Shown: positions 9,924-20,240, counted from the first letter of the stretch. The stretch is 64,000 nucleotides of DNA from an uncultured delta proteobacterium (GCA_963713045.1 CAVQKE010000003.1:864001-928000), one strand, 5' to 3'. Notes: a model not told the origin generated them from the letters alone. A program made the numbers and translations.

Positions 9924-11039
9924 ATGCGAAAGTCCTGGCCGTCGACCGCTCTGGCGGTCCTGCGTCGAGTTCGCTGGTGGCAGTGGACACTCGCCGTTCT
10001 GGGCGTTCTCTGCCTCACCGTCTTCTTGGTACGCCAGCCCCTCACCCGCTACGCGACGCACCGCGCGCTGAAATCCATTCCCGGGTGGGAGGCTGACGCC
10101 TCCGACGCGCACCTTTCCTTCTTCCCACTTAGCTACACCGTGAGCCGGTTGCACCTCGTGCCCGACGACAAGAGCTTGCCCATCTTCTACGTCGAACGGT
10201 TGGACACGGGTGTCTTCTGGGGTGACCTTCTCCGTGGGCGCGTCAACGCTTGGGCCAATCTCGACCACGTAAAAATGACGTTCTTCATCATCCCCATCCA
10301 CATTCCGGACTTGGCGGCCATTCTTCAAAAAACCATGCCGCTGGCCGTCGAGAGAATGCAGTGCAAGGGCGGGGAGATTACCGTGGCATTTCGTCACACG
10401 CGAAGCGATGACCCCCAGAAACCCGAAGGGGACGGGCCTCAGCTCTGGTTTCATGACCTAGAGGCCACCGTGGAGGGCCTCGCCACCAGGCCCGAGCTGG
10501 AGCCGCATGCGACAACGCTGGCACTGCGAGCGACCATGGCGCGCACCGGAAAGCTGTCGGCCTTTGTTACTGTCGACCTCCTGACGCCAGGCGCCATCAC
10601 CTTTGCCGGGCAACTCGGGCTCGTCCAGCTGAATTTGGCGGACCTGGACTCCGTGCTCGGGCCTGCTGGCTTGAAGTTGGCCGGCTCGTTCGACTTGAAG
10701 GCGCGCTTCGCGGTTGACCACGGCAAGTTGACCGGCGCGCTGGAGCCCGTCCTGAAGCGTGGCCGGGTGGAGTCCCTCGGTGGCGACTTGGGGAAGAAGC
10801 TGGAGCTCGCGTTGGCCGATGAAGGCATCCAGTTGCTCTCGGACCGGGTACCCGAGCGAAACGCTCTGGTCACCATCGTTCCTTTGCACGGGACCCTCAA
10901 CCGCCCGAAGCTCGACGTCTGGGCGGCCGTCTCGGGCGTCCTCCGGAATGCCTTCGTGGTGGGCCTGTCGGAAGCCCTTCAGCAGCTGCCCACCCCAAAC
11001 CCTGAAACAAAGACCGCCTCGAGCGCGGCACAACGGTAA
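9924..11039 (+). CDS. DUF748-like (AsmA-like) inner-membrane-anchored periplasmic protein
   Basis: N-terminal TM helix, beta-rich body, C-terminal P-x-x-G-x-L-x-x-P...GVLRNAF typical of DUF748 proteins. Confidence 0.7.
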   Translation: MRKSWPSTALAVLRRVRWWQWTLAVLGVLCLTVFLVRQPLTRYATHRALKSIPGWEADASDAHLSFFPLSYTVSRLHLVPDDKSLPIFYVERLDTGVFWGDLLRGRVNAWANLDHVKMTFFIIPIHIPDLAAILQKTMPLAVERMQCKGGEITVAFRHTRSDDPQKPEGDGPQLWFHDLEATVEGLATRPELEPHATTLALRATMARTGKLSAFVTVDLLTPGAITFAGQLGLVQLNLADLDSVLGPAGLKLAGSFDLKARFAVDHGKLTGALEPVLKRGRVESLGGDLGKKLELALADEGIQLLSDRVPERNALVTIVPLHGTLNRPKLDVWAAVSGVLRNAFVVGLSEALQQLPTPNPETKTASSAAQR

Positions 11040-11043
11040 AGGC

Positions 11044-11445
11044 ATGCGCTACCCCCTCACCCTCCTGTTGGGGCTTCTCTTGGCCTGCTCCCACGCTGAG
11101 ACCGTGGCCACGCCTGCCACGCCCAGTCCTCCGGATGCGCCCACCCGCCTTCCCAGTGCACGGACGCTCACGCCGCCCAGTGAACCGGGGCACCCTCCCC
11201 TGGCCGCTTCCCCGGCGCAGCTCATGGCACCGGACTCGGCCGACGCAATTGCGGACACCCTTCGCAAGCGGGGGCTGCTCTCCTCGGACGCCGGGAGCAA
11301 GGACTTGGAGGCAGCTCTGCGTCGCTTCCAGGACTCGCAGGGGCTCGCGGCCACCGGCTTTCCCGACCACGAAACGCTGCGGAAGCTCGGCATCGACCCA
11401 CGCGCCGTGGACACAACCGCCGCAAAGCCTGACGCGGGCAAGTGA
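11044..11445 (+). CDS. Lipoprotein with a PG_binding_1 peptidoglycan-binding domain
   Basis: Lipobox LLLAC; AALRRFQDSQGLAATGFPDHETLRKLG. Confidence 0.85.
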   Translation: MRYPLTLLLGLLLACSHAETVATPATPSPPDAPTRLPSARTLTPPSEPGHPPLAASPAQLMAPDSADAIADTLRKRGLLSSDAGSKDLEAALRRFQDSQGLAATGFPDHETLRKLGIDPRAVDTTAAKPDAGK

Positions 11446-11464
11446 GGCTTGAAGCCCCTCACCT

Positions 11465-13258
11465 TCAAAACCCCGGCGGTCGCTCCCCGGCCACCGCCAG
11501 CACCCGCTCCAACGCCATGCCCGCGCGGCCGAGCGTTCCCTCGTCGAAGAGCCGTCCCACCAGCGTCACCCCCTGGGGGACCCGGTGCTTCTCTGGAAGC
11601 GCGGGCCACTGCTGTCCCGGCGGCGGCAGCCAATCGCTGCGGATGCGGTCAACCTCGATGAAGCCGGCCCTGAGCGTGAGTGAAGGGTGGCCGGTGCAGT
11701 TGGTGCTGATGAGGGTTTCGTCCCGGAGGTAGGGCACCAGCAGCACGTCCACCGTGGTCAGCAGCTGATTCATGGCCACCGCCGCTTGTCGGCGCAGCCG
11801 CTCCGCCTGGACCAAGTCCACCGCCGAGAGAAAGCGCGCCTGGCGAAACAGATTGGGCCAGGCGTCGGAAACTTGCATCTTCAGCTCGTCGGCCTGGTGC
11901 GAGAGGGTCAGCTCCTCAAAGGACGCGGCGGCTTCCGCGAACAGGATGGTATTGAGCGCAAAGTACGGAAGCGTCGGGACGTCGACTGGAACGGGCGTCA
12001 TCCCGGCCGCCTTCACCGCCTCGATGACCGCCTTGTCCACCGGCAGGGACTGCTTGTCGAAGTCGTTGGCGGGCTTGTCGAGCCAAGCCGGCACATAGCC
12101 AACGCGAAGCTGAGAGACGGACTGTGCCGCGTCAAACTCGAGGTGGCTCGGCACACAGCTCAGGTCCTTCCCGTCGGGTCCGGTAATTGCGGCCAGCACC
12201 ATCAGCGTGTCCTCCACACGGCGCGCGATGGCCCCCAGCTTGTCCAAGGACCAGCACAGCGTCATGGCGCCGGTACGAGGAACCCGTCCAAACGTCGGTC
12301 GGAGCCCAGTCACACCACAGCGTGAGGAGGGCGAGACGATGCTGCCTCCCGTCTCGCTTCCAATCGCGAAGCTGACCAGCCCGGCCGCAGTGGCCGCCGC
12401 CGAGCCCGCGCTCGAGCCACTCGAACCCTCGGCCAGAAACCAGGGGTTTTTCGTCTCCCCACCGAACCAAATGTCGTTGAGCGCCAGCGCTCCCAGCGAC
12501 AGCTTGGCCACCAGGACGGCCCCTGCCGCGTGCAGGCGCTCCACCACCGTCCCGTCCGTCGGAGGGACCCGGTTTCGAAATGGCTCGGCGCCCCAGGTGG
12601 TGCGGATGCCCGCCGTATCGAGGAGGTCCTTCACACCCCAAGGGAGGCCATGCAGAGGACCGCGCCATTTGCCTTGGGCGATTTCCTGGTCCGCCCTGAG
12701 GGCTTGCGCTCGCGCCAGCTCGGGCGTGAGGGTAATGACGCATTCCAGCGTTGGGCCGAAGCGTTGCAACCGCTCCAAGTACAGCTCGGTCAGCCGCGCC
12801 GAGGAGATTTTACGAGTCCGAATCCACTCGGAGAGGGCCGTCAAGGGGGCGTAGGCAATGTCCGCGTCGTTGGAAGGCAGCGGCCCACCCCAGCGCGAGA
12901 ATGACGTCCGACTGCGCGAGGGGCCCCGCGGCGCGCCGGGAAGGCGCGGGTCCCAGACACAGCCCGGAACGACGGCACCGGCGGGGTGGTAGGCGCGCCG
13001 GTCCCTGAGTAACGCGCCAAAATTCACGCCCCACGAGGAAGCAGCCTGCGCTCGGTGGTCGGCCGAATACGTCACTTTTGCCAGCTTCTCGGCCTCGGCG
13101 ATGGTGACCGGCGTGATGACTGACGTCGGCGGCGGCCCGGACGCCACCGGTGGTCCAGCGTCCGCCGCCAGGGCGGCGCCCGAAGCGCGACGGGCCACGG
13201 CCGCGCCTGCAAGCAGCGCCGTCCCAGCGAGGAATTTGCGTCTTGAGCGTCGCGCCAT
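11465..13258 (-). CDS. Amidase-signature family amidase with a Tat signal peptide
   Basis: SRRKFL twin-arginine signal; GLPWGVKD, GSSGSSAGSAAA and GSETGGSI (Lys-cisSer-Ser triad). Confidence 0.88.
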   Translation of the reverse strand: MARRSRRKFLAGTALLAGAAVARRASGAALAADAGPPVASGPPPTSVITPVTIAEAEKLAKVTYSADHRAQAASSWGVNFGALLRDRRAYHPAGAVVPGCVWDPRLPGAPRGPSRSRTSFSRWGGPLPSNDADIAYAPLTALSEWIRTRKISSARLTELYLERLQRFGPTLECVITLTPELARAQALRADQEIAQGKWRGPLHGLPWGVKDLLDTAGIRTTWGAEPFRNRVPPTDGTVVERLHAAGAVLVAKLSLGALALNDIWFGGETKNPWFLAEGSSGSSAGSAAATAAGLVSFAIGSETGGSIVSPSSRCGVTGLRPTFGRVPRTGAMTLCWSLDKLGAIARRVEDTLMVLAAITGPDGKDLSCVPSHLEFDAAQSVSQLRVGYVPAWLDKPANDFDKQSLPVDKAVIEAVKAAGMTPVPVDVPTLPYFALNTILFAEAAASFEELTLSHQADELKMQVSDAWPNLFRQARFLSAVDLVQAERLRRQAAVAMNQLLTTVDVLLVPYLRDETLISTNCTGHPSLTLRAGFIEVDRIRSDWLPPPGQQWPALPEKHRVPQGVTLVGRLFDEGTLGRAGMALERVLAVAGERPPGF

Positions 13259-13304
13259 GCCGGGGTGCTCCCGTCTGAGCAAAGGGGCAGCCGACTCTAG
13301 TTCG

Positions 13305-16300
13305 TCAGAAGAGACCAACGGCGAACTGAATGGCAGCGAGCTGCTCGTTCAAGGATGCGTCCGGCGCGAGGTTGAACCCCAGGTCCAGAGCCAATGGCCC
13401 GATGGGCGTCGCGTAGCGCAAGCCAATTCCCGCGACGGGGCGAAGGACGAGGGGACGGAATTGGCTCGGGTCTAACCACAGGTTTCCCGCCTCGAAGAAG
13501 ATGCCGAGGTCGAAACCGAAAATTCCGGGGAAGCGCAATTCCGACTTGAAGAGGGTGAAGAGCAGACCTCCATCACTGGGGACTTGCCGGCCTTCATTGA
13601 GGACAATGCCGGCTGGCGTGCAGCCGCCCGCCCAAACCAATGCCGCACAAGCGTTGCGCTGAGCTGCGTACAGTTGATGTTCATCCTGCGGGATGACGCC
13701 GTCCTCGGGGAAGCCGCGCAGCGTGGTCACCCCACCGAGGTAAAAGCGCTCCGGGGCGATGACTTGTCCGCCCTTGACGAGATTAAAAATCTCGCCCGCA
13801 CGGACCGATAGAGCGAGCACAACCCGGTCTCCTATCGGCACGTAGCCGGTAATTCCCCCCGACATTTTCCACGTGAAAATGCGAGTCGGTTGGGGGTTGT
13901 TCCCCAGCACATCGGTGCTCTCGGCGCTGAGGTCTTTGGTCAACTCTCCCACGGTGGTGATGAGCAAGCCGCGATGGGGGTTCACCGGGTTGTCCCGGAA
14001 GTCGAAGGTGAAGCCAGGGCTGAGCGTTTGAAGAACGTAGTTTCCGGTGGGGAATCGAACGTTGGAGATGTCCGTGGAGGTGGTGGCCAGCAGCGCAGAT
14101 ACCGTGTCGTAGACGCGCACCAAGACGCCCTCGAGAGTGTACTGCCCGGTGAAGCTGAGCCACGAGTTCAGCTGCCACACCATTCCGGCGATGCCTGCAA
14201 CCCGGCTAAAGAAGTAGGAAGGGCGGTGCACTCGCTCGGCAACGAATGTCAGCCGACCACTGATTTCCTGGGGCAAGAGCCAGGGGATGCGCGCCTGGGA
14301 GAAGGTCGCGTTGAAGTTGAAGTCGATGCCGTTCAGCCCCTGCAGCTGCGATGCCGGAGTGAATTGCTGCAGTGGTAGGAGGCTCCAGCCAACGTAGTTA
14401 ATCTTGCCGCGAGCCGTGAAGTTGATGGCCTCGCCAAAGATGTTTGGATAAACGAGGTCCCCCACCACGCGGGGGCCATCGTAGGTTGAGTAGCCGAAGC
14501 CCCCCGAGCCGGACAACGTCGGACGTTCGCGGGCTTCAATCAAAACGTCCTTCACCGACTCTTCAGCATCCGGGCTGAGGAGCGTCACCGAAACCTGGCG
14601 GAAGATTCCCAAGGCCAACAGGTTGGCCTGGCTGGCGTAGAGTTCCTCGGGGTCGAGCGGCTGGCCCGGTCGAACGACGAGATTCTGTCGAACCAGTTTT
14701 TCGTCGGTGCGCTGTAACCCGCGGATGACCACCTGACCGACCCGCACCGGAGGGCCGGGTTGGGCTTTGACCACCACCCGAGCGGCGCGGCCCTCCTCCA
14801 CTAGGCCAGGCACAATGTCGACCCGTGCAAACAGGTAGCTGGCTCGGCCAAGCAGCCGAAGAAGCTCGAGCCGCATCAGTTCCATCGTTCGTAGTGAGAG
14901 CGGCTCGCCGGGCTTCAACCCGCCAAGCGGCGGCAGGGTGAAACCCTCCGGAAGTCCCTCGAAGCTGACGGATTGGATTCGAGTCTGGACACCTTCCTCA
15001 ACACGAAAACGGACCTGAGCCAGGTGCCGCCTCCCGTCCCAGTCCAGGAGTGTGAGTTGAACCCGGGCCGCGAGAAAGCCCTCGTCGCGGTAGGTCGCCT
15101 GCAGCGCATCGGCACTGGCCCGGTACGCTTCCTCGACAAAAACCTGAAGCGGGGTGAGGTCTGGCGGAGGTTCGAGCTCTCCCCTCTCGAACCGCGAATC
15201 GCTGGGGTCGATGGTCAACCGCGCGTCGCCAGGCAGGGAGGGCATGTGCGCCTCGATGACCTCGGCGAGCACCGTGCGGAGTTGGGTGGTGGACAGCGCC
15301 TGCGCACCGTCGAAGGCGATGGCCGTCACCCGGAGTACCGGTCCCTCGTCGACGGCGAACACCACGACCGTGGCGCCACTCTGCGGGTCGGTCACCTCGC
15401 TGGGCGCGACCTGGACGTCGGCGAAGCCCCGGTACTGGTAAAATGTTTCCAAGCGGCGTGCGAGGCGGTCCTCCACCGAGCGATCGAGCGTCTCGGTCGG
15501 GTCGTAATCCAGTACATCGAGGAGCTGTCGGGAGGCAAAGCGCCGATTCCCCCGGACAGCGAAGGTGAGCACCGGTCCGGCGTCTACCGGGACATTGACC
15601 ACCGCACCGCTGAGTCCTTGTTCCACACTGGGGTTGCCCACCCGCGCGCGAAAGTGGCGCGTCTCACGGTACAGGGCCCGCAGCCGGTCAATGCCCTTCT
15701 CCAGGGCGGTTTGGTCGAGAATGGTTCCACTCGGCAACCCGAAAGCGTCCCGCAACCCCTGCTCGGAAAGCCCCGGGGTTCCCAAAAAATGCACCTCCGC
15801 GACACGGGTCGGCGAACCCTCGGAAATGGCCAACCCGATGTCCACCTGCGCGCCATTGCGGCCGACCGTGACGGTAACCTGCGCTTGTTTCCAGCCCCGC
15901 CGGGCATAGGCCTGAAGGATGCCGGCCTTTGCCTCCTCCAGCTTCTCGTTGAAGAAGTCACTCCCCTCGGTCAACCGCGCTGCGGTGAGGATTTCTCCCC
16001 GAGAGAGAACCTGGTTTCCGGTCACCACCACCAAGTGGATTTTGGCCACCGGTGAGCAGTCGAATTGCACCACCACGCCGTCCCCGTCGGGATGCGTCCG
16101 TACCACCACGTCGGCGAAGCGACCGGTGGCAAACAGCAATTCGATGCTGCGCCGCACCGCTTGCAAATCCAGCGGCTGCCCCGCCTGCACCACCACCAGC
16201 GGGTGATATTCCGCCACCGGCATCCCCTCGGGGAGGTGCAACACGACCGAGGTGACCGTCGGCCGAGGCAGAGCGCCCACCTGCGCCGCTCGGGCGCTCC

Positions 16301-16349
16301 CGCGCCCAGCGACCAGGAGCAACAGGGCGAGCGTTACTCGACTTCCCAA
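13305..16349 (-). CDS. Omp85 family (BamA/TamA-like) outer membrane protein with about 7 POTRA domains; start uncertain
   Basis: Repeated POTRA starts, loop-6 TLRGF, GLRYATPIGPL, C-terminal Phe; adjacent to tamB. Confidence 0.88.
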   Translation of the reverse strand: MGSRVTLALLLLVAGRGSARAAQVGALPRPTVTSVVLHLPEGMPVAEYHPLVVVQAGQPLDLQAVRRSIELLFATGRFADVVVRTHPDGDGVVVQFDCSPVAKIHLVVVTGNQVLSRGEILTAARLTEGSDFFNEKLEEAKAGILQAYARRGWKQAQVTVTVGRNGAQVDIGLAISEGSPTRVAEVHFLGTPGLSEQGLRDAFGLPSGTILDQTALEKGIDRLRALYRETRHFRARVGNPSVEQGLSGAVVNVPVDAGPVLTFAVRGNRRFASRQLLDVLDYDPTETLDRSVEDRLARRLETFYQYRGFADVQVAPSEVTDPQSGATVVVFAVDEGPVLRVTAIAFDGAQALSTTQLRTVLAEVIEAHMPSLPGDARLTIDPSDSRFERGELEPPPDLTPLQVFVEEAYRASADALQATYRDEGFLAARVQLTLLDWDGRRHLAQVRFRVEEGVQTRIQSVSFEGLPEGFTLPPLGGLKPGEPLSLRTMELMRLELLRLLGRASYLFARVDIVPGLVEEGRAARVVVKAQPGPPVRVGQVVIRGLQRTDEKLVRQNLVVRPGQPLDPEELYASQANLLALGIFRQVSVTLLSPDAEESVKDVLIEARERPTLSGSGGFGYSTYDGPRVVGDLVYPNIFGEAINFTARGKINYVGWSLLPLQQFTPASQLQGLNGIDFNFNATFSQARIPWLLPQEISGRLTFVAERVHRPSYFFSRVAGIAGMVWQLNSWLSFTGQYTLEGVLVRVYDTVSALLATTSTDISNVRFPTGNYVLQTLSPGFTFDFRDNPVNPHRGLLITTVGELTKDLSAESTDVLGNNPQPTRIFTWKMSGGITGYVPIGDRVVLALSVRAGEIFNLVKGGQVIAPERFYLGGVTTLRGFPEDGVIPQDEHQLYAAQRNACAALVWAGGCTPAGIVLNEGRQVPSDGGLLFTLFKSELRFPGIFGFDLGIFFEAGNLWLDPSQFRPLVLRPVAGIGLRYATPIGPLALDLGFNLAPDASLNEQLAAIQFAVGLF

Positions 16350-19300
16350 CGAAGCTTGAGGTCGATTCCCAGGTTGCCGATGGGGAGGTCGCTGTAGGCG
16401 TTGTCCCACTGGGCCTGTGCAGAAAACCGGTTGTCGAAACGGTACTCGGCTTGTGCGTGCGTGCCCCTGCCGGACACGGGCTGACTGACACTGAGCTTAA
16501 GCTGGTCCACCAGGAACTTCGACTCCAATTGCGCGGTCGGTTCGACCAAGCCAGTGCCTTCGCTGTACTGGGTCGAGATTCGAAATGCCGGGTCGCGCAA
16601 AACGTCATTGCGGGGCAAGAAGCGCTGCACCTGCCGGTCGAGCCCGGAGGCTTGGTACAGCGCCTCAGCCGCCAAGCCGGCACCTGCGCCAGCCGTTCCG
16701 GAGATGCCAGCCTGCTCGCGGGCGGTGAGGCCCAAAGTCAACAGTGAGAGGACGTCCCGCTCCGGAAGCGCCGGGTCGCTGGAAAACTGGACTTGCGGAG
16801 CGCTGGAGCGCCCAAAGGCGTGCAGCCGGATTTGGTAGTCCCGGACCTGGGTGTCGGCGTAGACGTCGAAGACTCCCTCGAGACTGTGGTGGTCCTTGAA
16901 GTCCGCCACTCCTTGGGTGATGGAGAAGGCATTGCCGCGGAAAAACGCCTGGCTGCCCTCTCCGGCCTCCACCGAGCCCACCAGGCCGGGGTGCAGGTTG
17001 GTGCCAGTGACGCGCAAGTCTCCCAAAAGTCGCGCTCGGGCCACGTTGTTCTCCACCCGGGCATCCTTGAGGTGAAGTGCCACGTCCAACGTCAGCCACT
17101 CCGCTCCATGTTCGCCCTCCGAACCTCCACCCAGCCCCTTTTGGCGGACCAACGCATCCACACCGAAGGGACGGACGTAGCGCAAGCGATTCACGTCGAG
17201 CTCTCCCGAGAGCCGCAGCGCCCCTGGCTTGCCCGACAACAAGAGTTCACCGGTCGCTCCGAACGGGGCGTCCTCGAGCACGCGCAAGGTGACGTCGTCC
17301 AGGTGGACGGCCGCCGCCAATTGCGTCACCGCGAAGCCTCCCCAGGAGAGGTCACCGCGGGTGACGATTTTTCCATCGTTGAGTTGGCCGCTGATGTCGG
17401 ACCACAAGACGCGCGTCTCGCTGAAGTCAACGCGGCCGGTCAGCCCGCGGAGCTCGACACCGGTGTCGCGGACCACAAACCCGACGTCGAGAAGGGCGGC
17501 TTTCCCCAAGAGGGAGGGCTCCTTCGGGTTCCCCTGCGCTGTCCCCGACACTTCGAGGCGTCCGCCGAGGCGGTCCAGGACGTGCACAAAGGGCTGCACC
17601 AGTCGGAGGTCCAGGGTGCCGTCCACCTTGCCGTCCATCGCCCGAGCCGAGGCGAAGCCAGAGACGGAGAGGGCTGTTTCCGGACCCCGAAGCGTGACGC
17701 CGGCCGTCTCCACCCTGCCCTTCCCGAACCGAAACTCCCACACTCCGTCATTCTCGGCGCGGACGTCGGAACGCTGCAGGCGCAGTTGTTCCAGTCGGAG
17801 CTTCCCCTCGGCTGCCTCCAGTTCCAGGAGCGAGCCGCTGGCCACGAGACTTCCCCGAACCACACCCTGCCAGCCCTCCCCGAGGAGCGGACGAATGTCG
17901 CTGAGGGCCAGGTCAAGCTTCCCCTCAAACGGGTAGGGCCGACGGATGTCGGCTGTGAGGTGCACTTCGGCCTCGCCAATGGGTCGACCCGACACTTCAA
18001 ACTTCTCACCCAGGAGGTGGCCTTCGAGCCGGATCGGCCCCAAGGAACGGGCTGCCAGGGTGGTCTGCGGAGCCGTCAACGTGACGCGGGCATCCGGGAC
18101 GTCGGCAGTGCCCTGCACCGTCCCGTTCAGTGTCAGGACCGCGTGGGGCTTCGCCCCCCGTGCCGACTGGCCGAGGAGTTCCTCCAAGGACATGCCGTCG
18201 ATGCGGAAGCGGAAGTCGAGCACGTCCCCCGTCGTCAGACGCCCTTCGCCCTGGCTCGTGCCGAGCGGCCCGCGAAGCGTCAGCGGCAGCAGCTCGATGG
18301 TGTCGCCCCGAATCCGGAGATGCAGCGCGCCGTTGCCCATTCGTCGCTCGTAAAAGGCGACGTCGGTGGCTGCGAAATCTACATCGGCCGCGAGGTCGCT
18401 CGACGGGCCCCACAGGTGGAGCTCGCCATTGGCATTCCCGGTGAGCACCTTGCGCAGAGGTTGCCAAACCTGCGACAGCGGGGCGATGACCTCGACCAGG
18501 TCCTCCACCTTCCCCTCGCTCATGCGCGCTCGCGCTTCCAGAGCGAGCGACTCACCGCGAAAGTCGAGCTTCGCGGTGCCGGCATAAGCGGAGTGCCCGC
18601 GGAGGCCAGCCACCTCTGGAAAGCTGAGAACGCCGTCTGCGAAGTGAAGAGGACTCTTCACCGTGCCGAGGGCGAAGTGCCGGAACTCGCCGTCGCGCAG
18701 CGCGACGTCTGCGTCGATGTGCACCATTTGGCCCCAGGGAAGCCCCAGCGAGAACCGCGCGGAGCCAACGCCCGACCATGGAATCCCAATCAGCGGGCCG
18801 ACCTCCCGCAGGTCGAGCGGGTCGATGGCGCCCGAGATGGACAATCCGACGGCCTGTTGGAAGCCAAGCTTGGCATCGACTTTGGCGCGGGCATCGCCCA
18901 CCCGGAGTTCGGCGTCCCGGAGCTCCACCCGGTCGGGCAGCACGTGCAGCTCGAGGTGAATGTCGCCAGCCGGAAAGGCGAGGACCGGCGGCTGCCCCCG
19001 TGGATGTTTCTCCACCGGCCCGGGCGTGAAGAGGAAATTCGCCGCATGCAGCGTCGCCTCGCCCTGCAGTTGCGGCGTCGGGACAAGCTTCCCCTGTGCC
19101 GTCACCTGGCCGGTGACGGCGAAGTCGACCCACGAGCCAGCCACCCCCGCCCGGTCCAGCACGCGCGCCAGGCTTGCCGAGTCGAGGTCCGCCCTCAGTT
19201 TGACGGGGAGGCCAGCCACCAGGTGGACGGTCCCGGAGACTTTCACCTGCCCCGGCGACAGCGGGAGAACGAGGTCATGCAGGACGAGTGTTTCTCCGGC

Positions 19301-20227
19301 CAACGCAAAGTGCGCACTGAAGTCACCCGGACGCGCGGGCGGAAATTCTAGGCCTTTCCCCAAGACCTCTCCGCTCAGGCGGAGGTCGGGAGCGCGACCG
19401 CTCACCGCCAGGCGCGCCCAGAGATGACCGGCGGAGCCCGGCATGGCCCCAGTGGCTCGGGTCAAGGCCCGCATCGGCAGAAACGCCTGAGCATCCAGCG
19501 CCAAGCTGGGGTGACACAGGTCATCGACGCGACCGCTGAAGGAAAGGTCGGCTTCGCCCACCGACAGCTCGCCGCGCGTTATCTCCAAGTCGCGTCCCGC
19601 CCGCGCCAACTCTCCTTCGACCCGCAACCCCGTCAGTGGCAGCGGTGCAACCCCGTTGCCCGGGTCCAGGCTGCCATGGGAGGTCTCGAGACGAAACTCC
19701 GCTGCGCGGCGTCGCATCCGCCAGCCGACGGAGATTTCCTCCACGTCCACCGCCCGCCCTCCGGGAAGCACCACGTGGGCTTCGCCTCCACGGATGTCCA
19801 GGTTGTCGATGGAGACGGCCTGCAGGGCTTGGAAGGGACAGACTCCCGGCGGGCGGTTGGCGGTGAGCTTCGAAACATCCAGGTGGACCCGCGGCCGGGT
19901 GACCTGGAGGCGATCGAGCAAGACGCGGCCGGTAAACGGCTCGAAGCCACCCAGCGTCACCTCCACTTGGTCGGCACTGAAGAGCGGCGTCTCGTCGCCG
20001 CTGGCGTAGACGGAGACGCCTCCGAAGCGGACTGTCCGTGTCGAGGCGTCGACCTCGCACCGGCCAATCCCCACCTCGGCGCCAAGTGCCCTTGGAAGCT
20101 CTCGTCGGGCCAGGGTGCAGAGCTGGTCCCAGGCCACCTGAGAGCGCAGGACGAGCATCACCCCCACCGCCGCCAGCACCCCCAGCACCAGGGCGACCAG
20201 CAGCTTGCGGGAACCGGAGGTGGTCAC
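16334..20227 (-). CDS. tamB: TamB / AsmA-like translocation and assembly module protein
   Basis: About 1300 aa; N-terminal TM anchor, beta-taco body, DUF490-like C-terminus (SSDPALPERDVLSLLTLG); GTG start at 20227. Confidence 0.85.
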   Translation of the reverse strand: MTTSGSRKLLVALVLGVLAAVGVMLVLRSQVAWDQLCTLARRELPRALGAEVGIGRCEVDASTRTVRFGGVSVYASGDETPLFSADQVEVTLGGFEPFTGRVLLDRLQVTRPRVHLDVSKLTANRPPGVCPFQALQAVSIDNLDIRGGEAHVVLPGGRAVDVEEISVGWRMRRRAAEFRLETSHGSLDPGNGVAPLPLTGLRVEGELARAGRDLEITRGELSVGEADLSFSGRVDDLCHPSLALDAQAFLPMRALTRATGAMPGSAGHLWARLAVSGRAPDLRLSGEVLGKGLEFPPARPGDFSAHFALAGETLVLHDLVLPLSPGQVKVSGTVHLVAGLPVKLRADLDSASLARVLDRAGVAGSWVDFAVTGQVTAQGKLVPTPQLQGEATLHAANFLFTPGPVEKHPRGQPPVLAFPAGDIHLELHVLPDRVELRDAELRVGDARAKVDAKLGFQQAVGLSISGAIDPLDLREVGPLIGIPWSGVGSARFSLGLPWGQMVHIDADVALRDGEFRHFALGTVKSPLHFADGVLSFPEVAGLRGHSAYAGTAKLDFRGESLALEARARMSEGKVEDLVEVIAPLSQVWQPLRKVLTGNANGELHLWGPSSDLAADVDFAATDVAFYERRMGNGALHLRIRGDTIELLPLTLRGPLGTSQGEGRLTTGDVLDFRFRIDGMSLEELLGQSARGAKPHAVLTLNGTVQGTADVPDARVTLTAPQTTLAARSLGPIRLEGHLLGEKFEVSGRPIGEAEVHLTADIRRPYPFEGKLDLALSDIRPLLGEGWQGVVRGSLVASGSLLELEAAEGKLRLEQLRLQRSDVRAENDGVWEFRFGKGRVETAGVTLRGPETALSVSGFASARAMDGKVDGTLDLRLVQPFVHVLDRLGGRLEVSGTAQGNPKEPSLLGKAALLDVGFVVRDTGVELRGLTGRVDFSETRVLWSDISGQLNDGKIVTRGDLSWGGFAVTQLAAAVHLDDVTLRVLEDAPFGATGELLLSGKPGALRLSGELDVNRLRYVRPFGVDALVRQKGLGGGSEGEHGAEWLTLDVALHLKDARVENNVARARLLGDLRVTGTNLHPGLVGSVEAGEGSQAFFRGNAFSITQGVADFKDHHSLEGVFDVYADTQVRDYQIRLHAFGRSSAPQVQFSSDPALPERDVLSLLTLGLTAREQAGISGTAGAGAGLAAEALYQASGLDRQVQRFLPRNDVLRDPAFRISTQYSEGTGLVEPTAQLESKFLVDQLKLSVSQPVSGRGTHAQAEYRFDNRFSAQAQWDNAYSDLPIGNLGIDLKLRWEVE

Positions 20228-20240
20228 GGCCGAGCCTTCC

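Noticed and set aside
16793..19351. 852-aa plus-strand ORF and similar long antisense ORFs (6563-8986, 44365-46119, 47224-48468, 52696-54651)
   Set aside because: They overlap well-supported genes on the other strand or frame; such ORFs are expected from high GC3.
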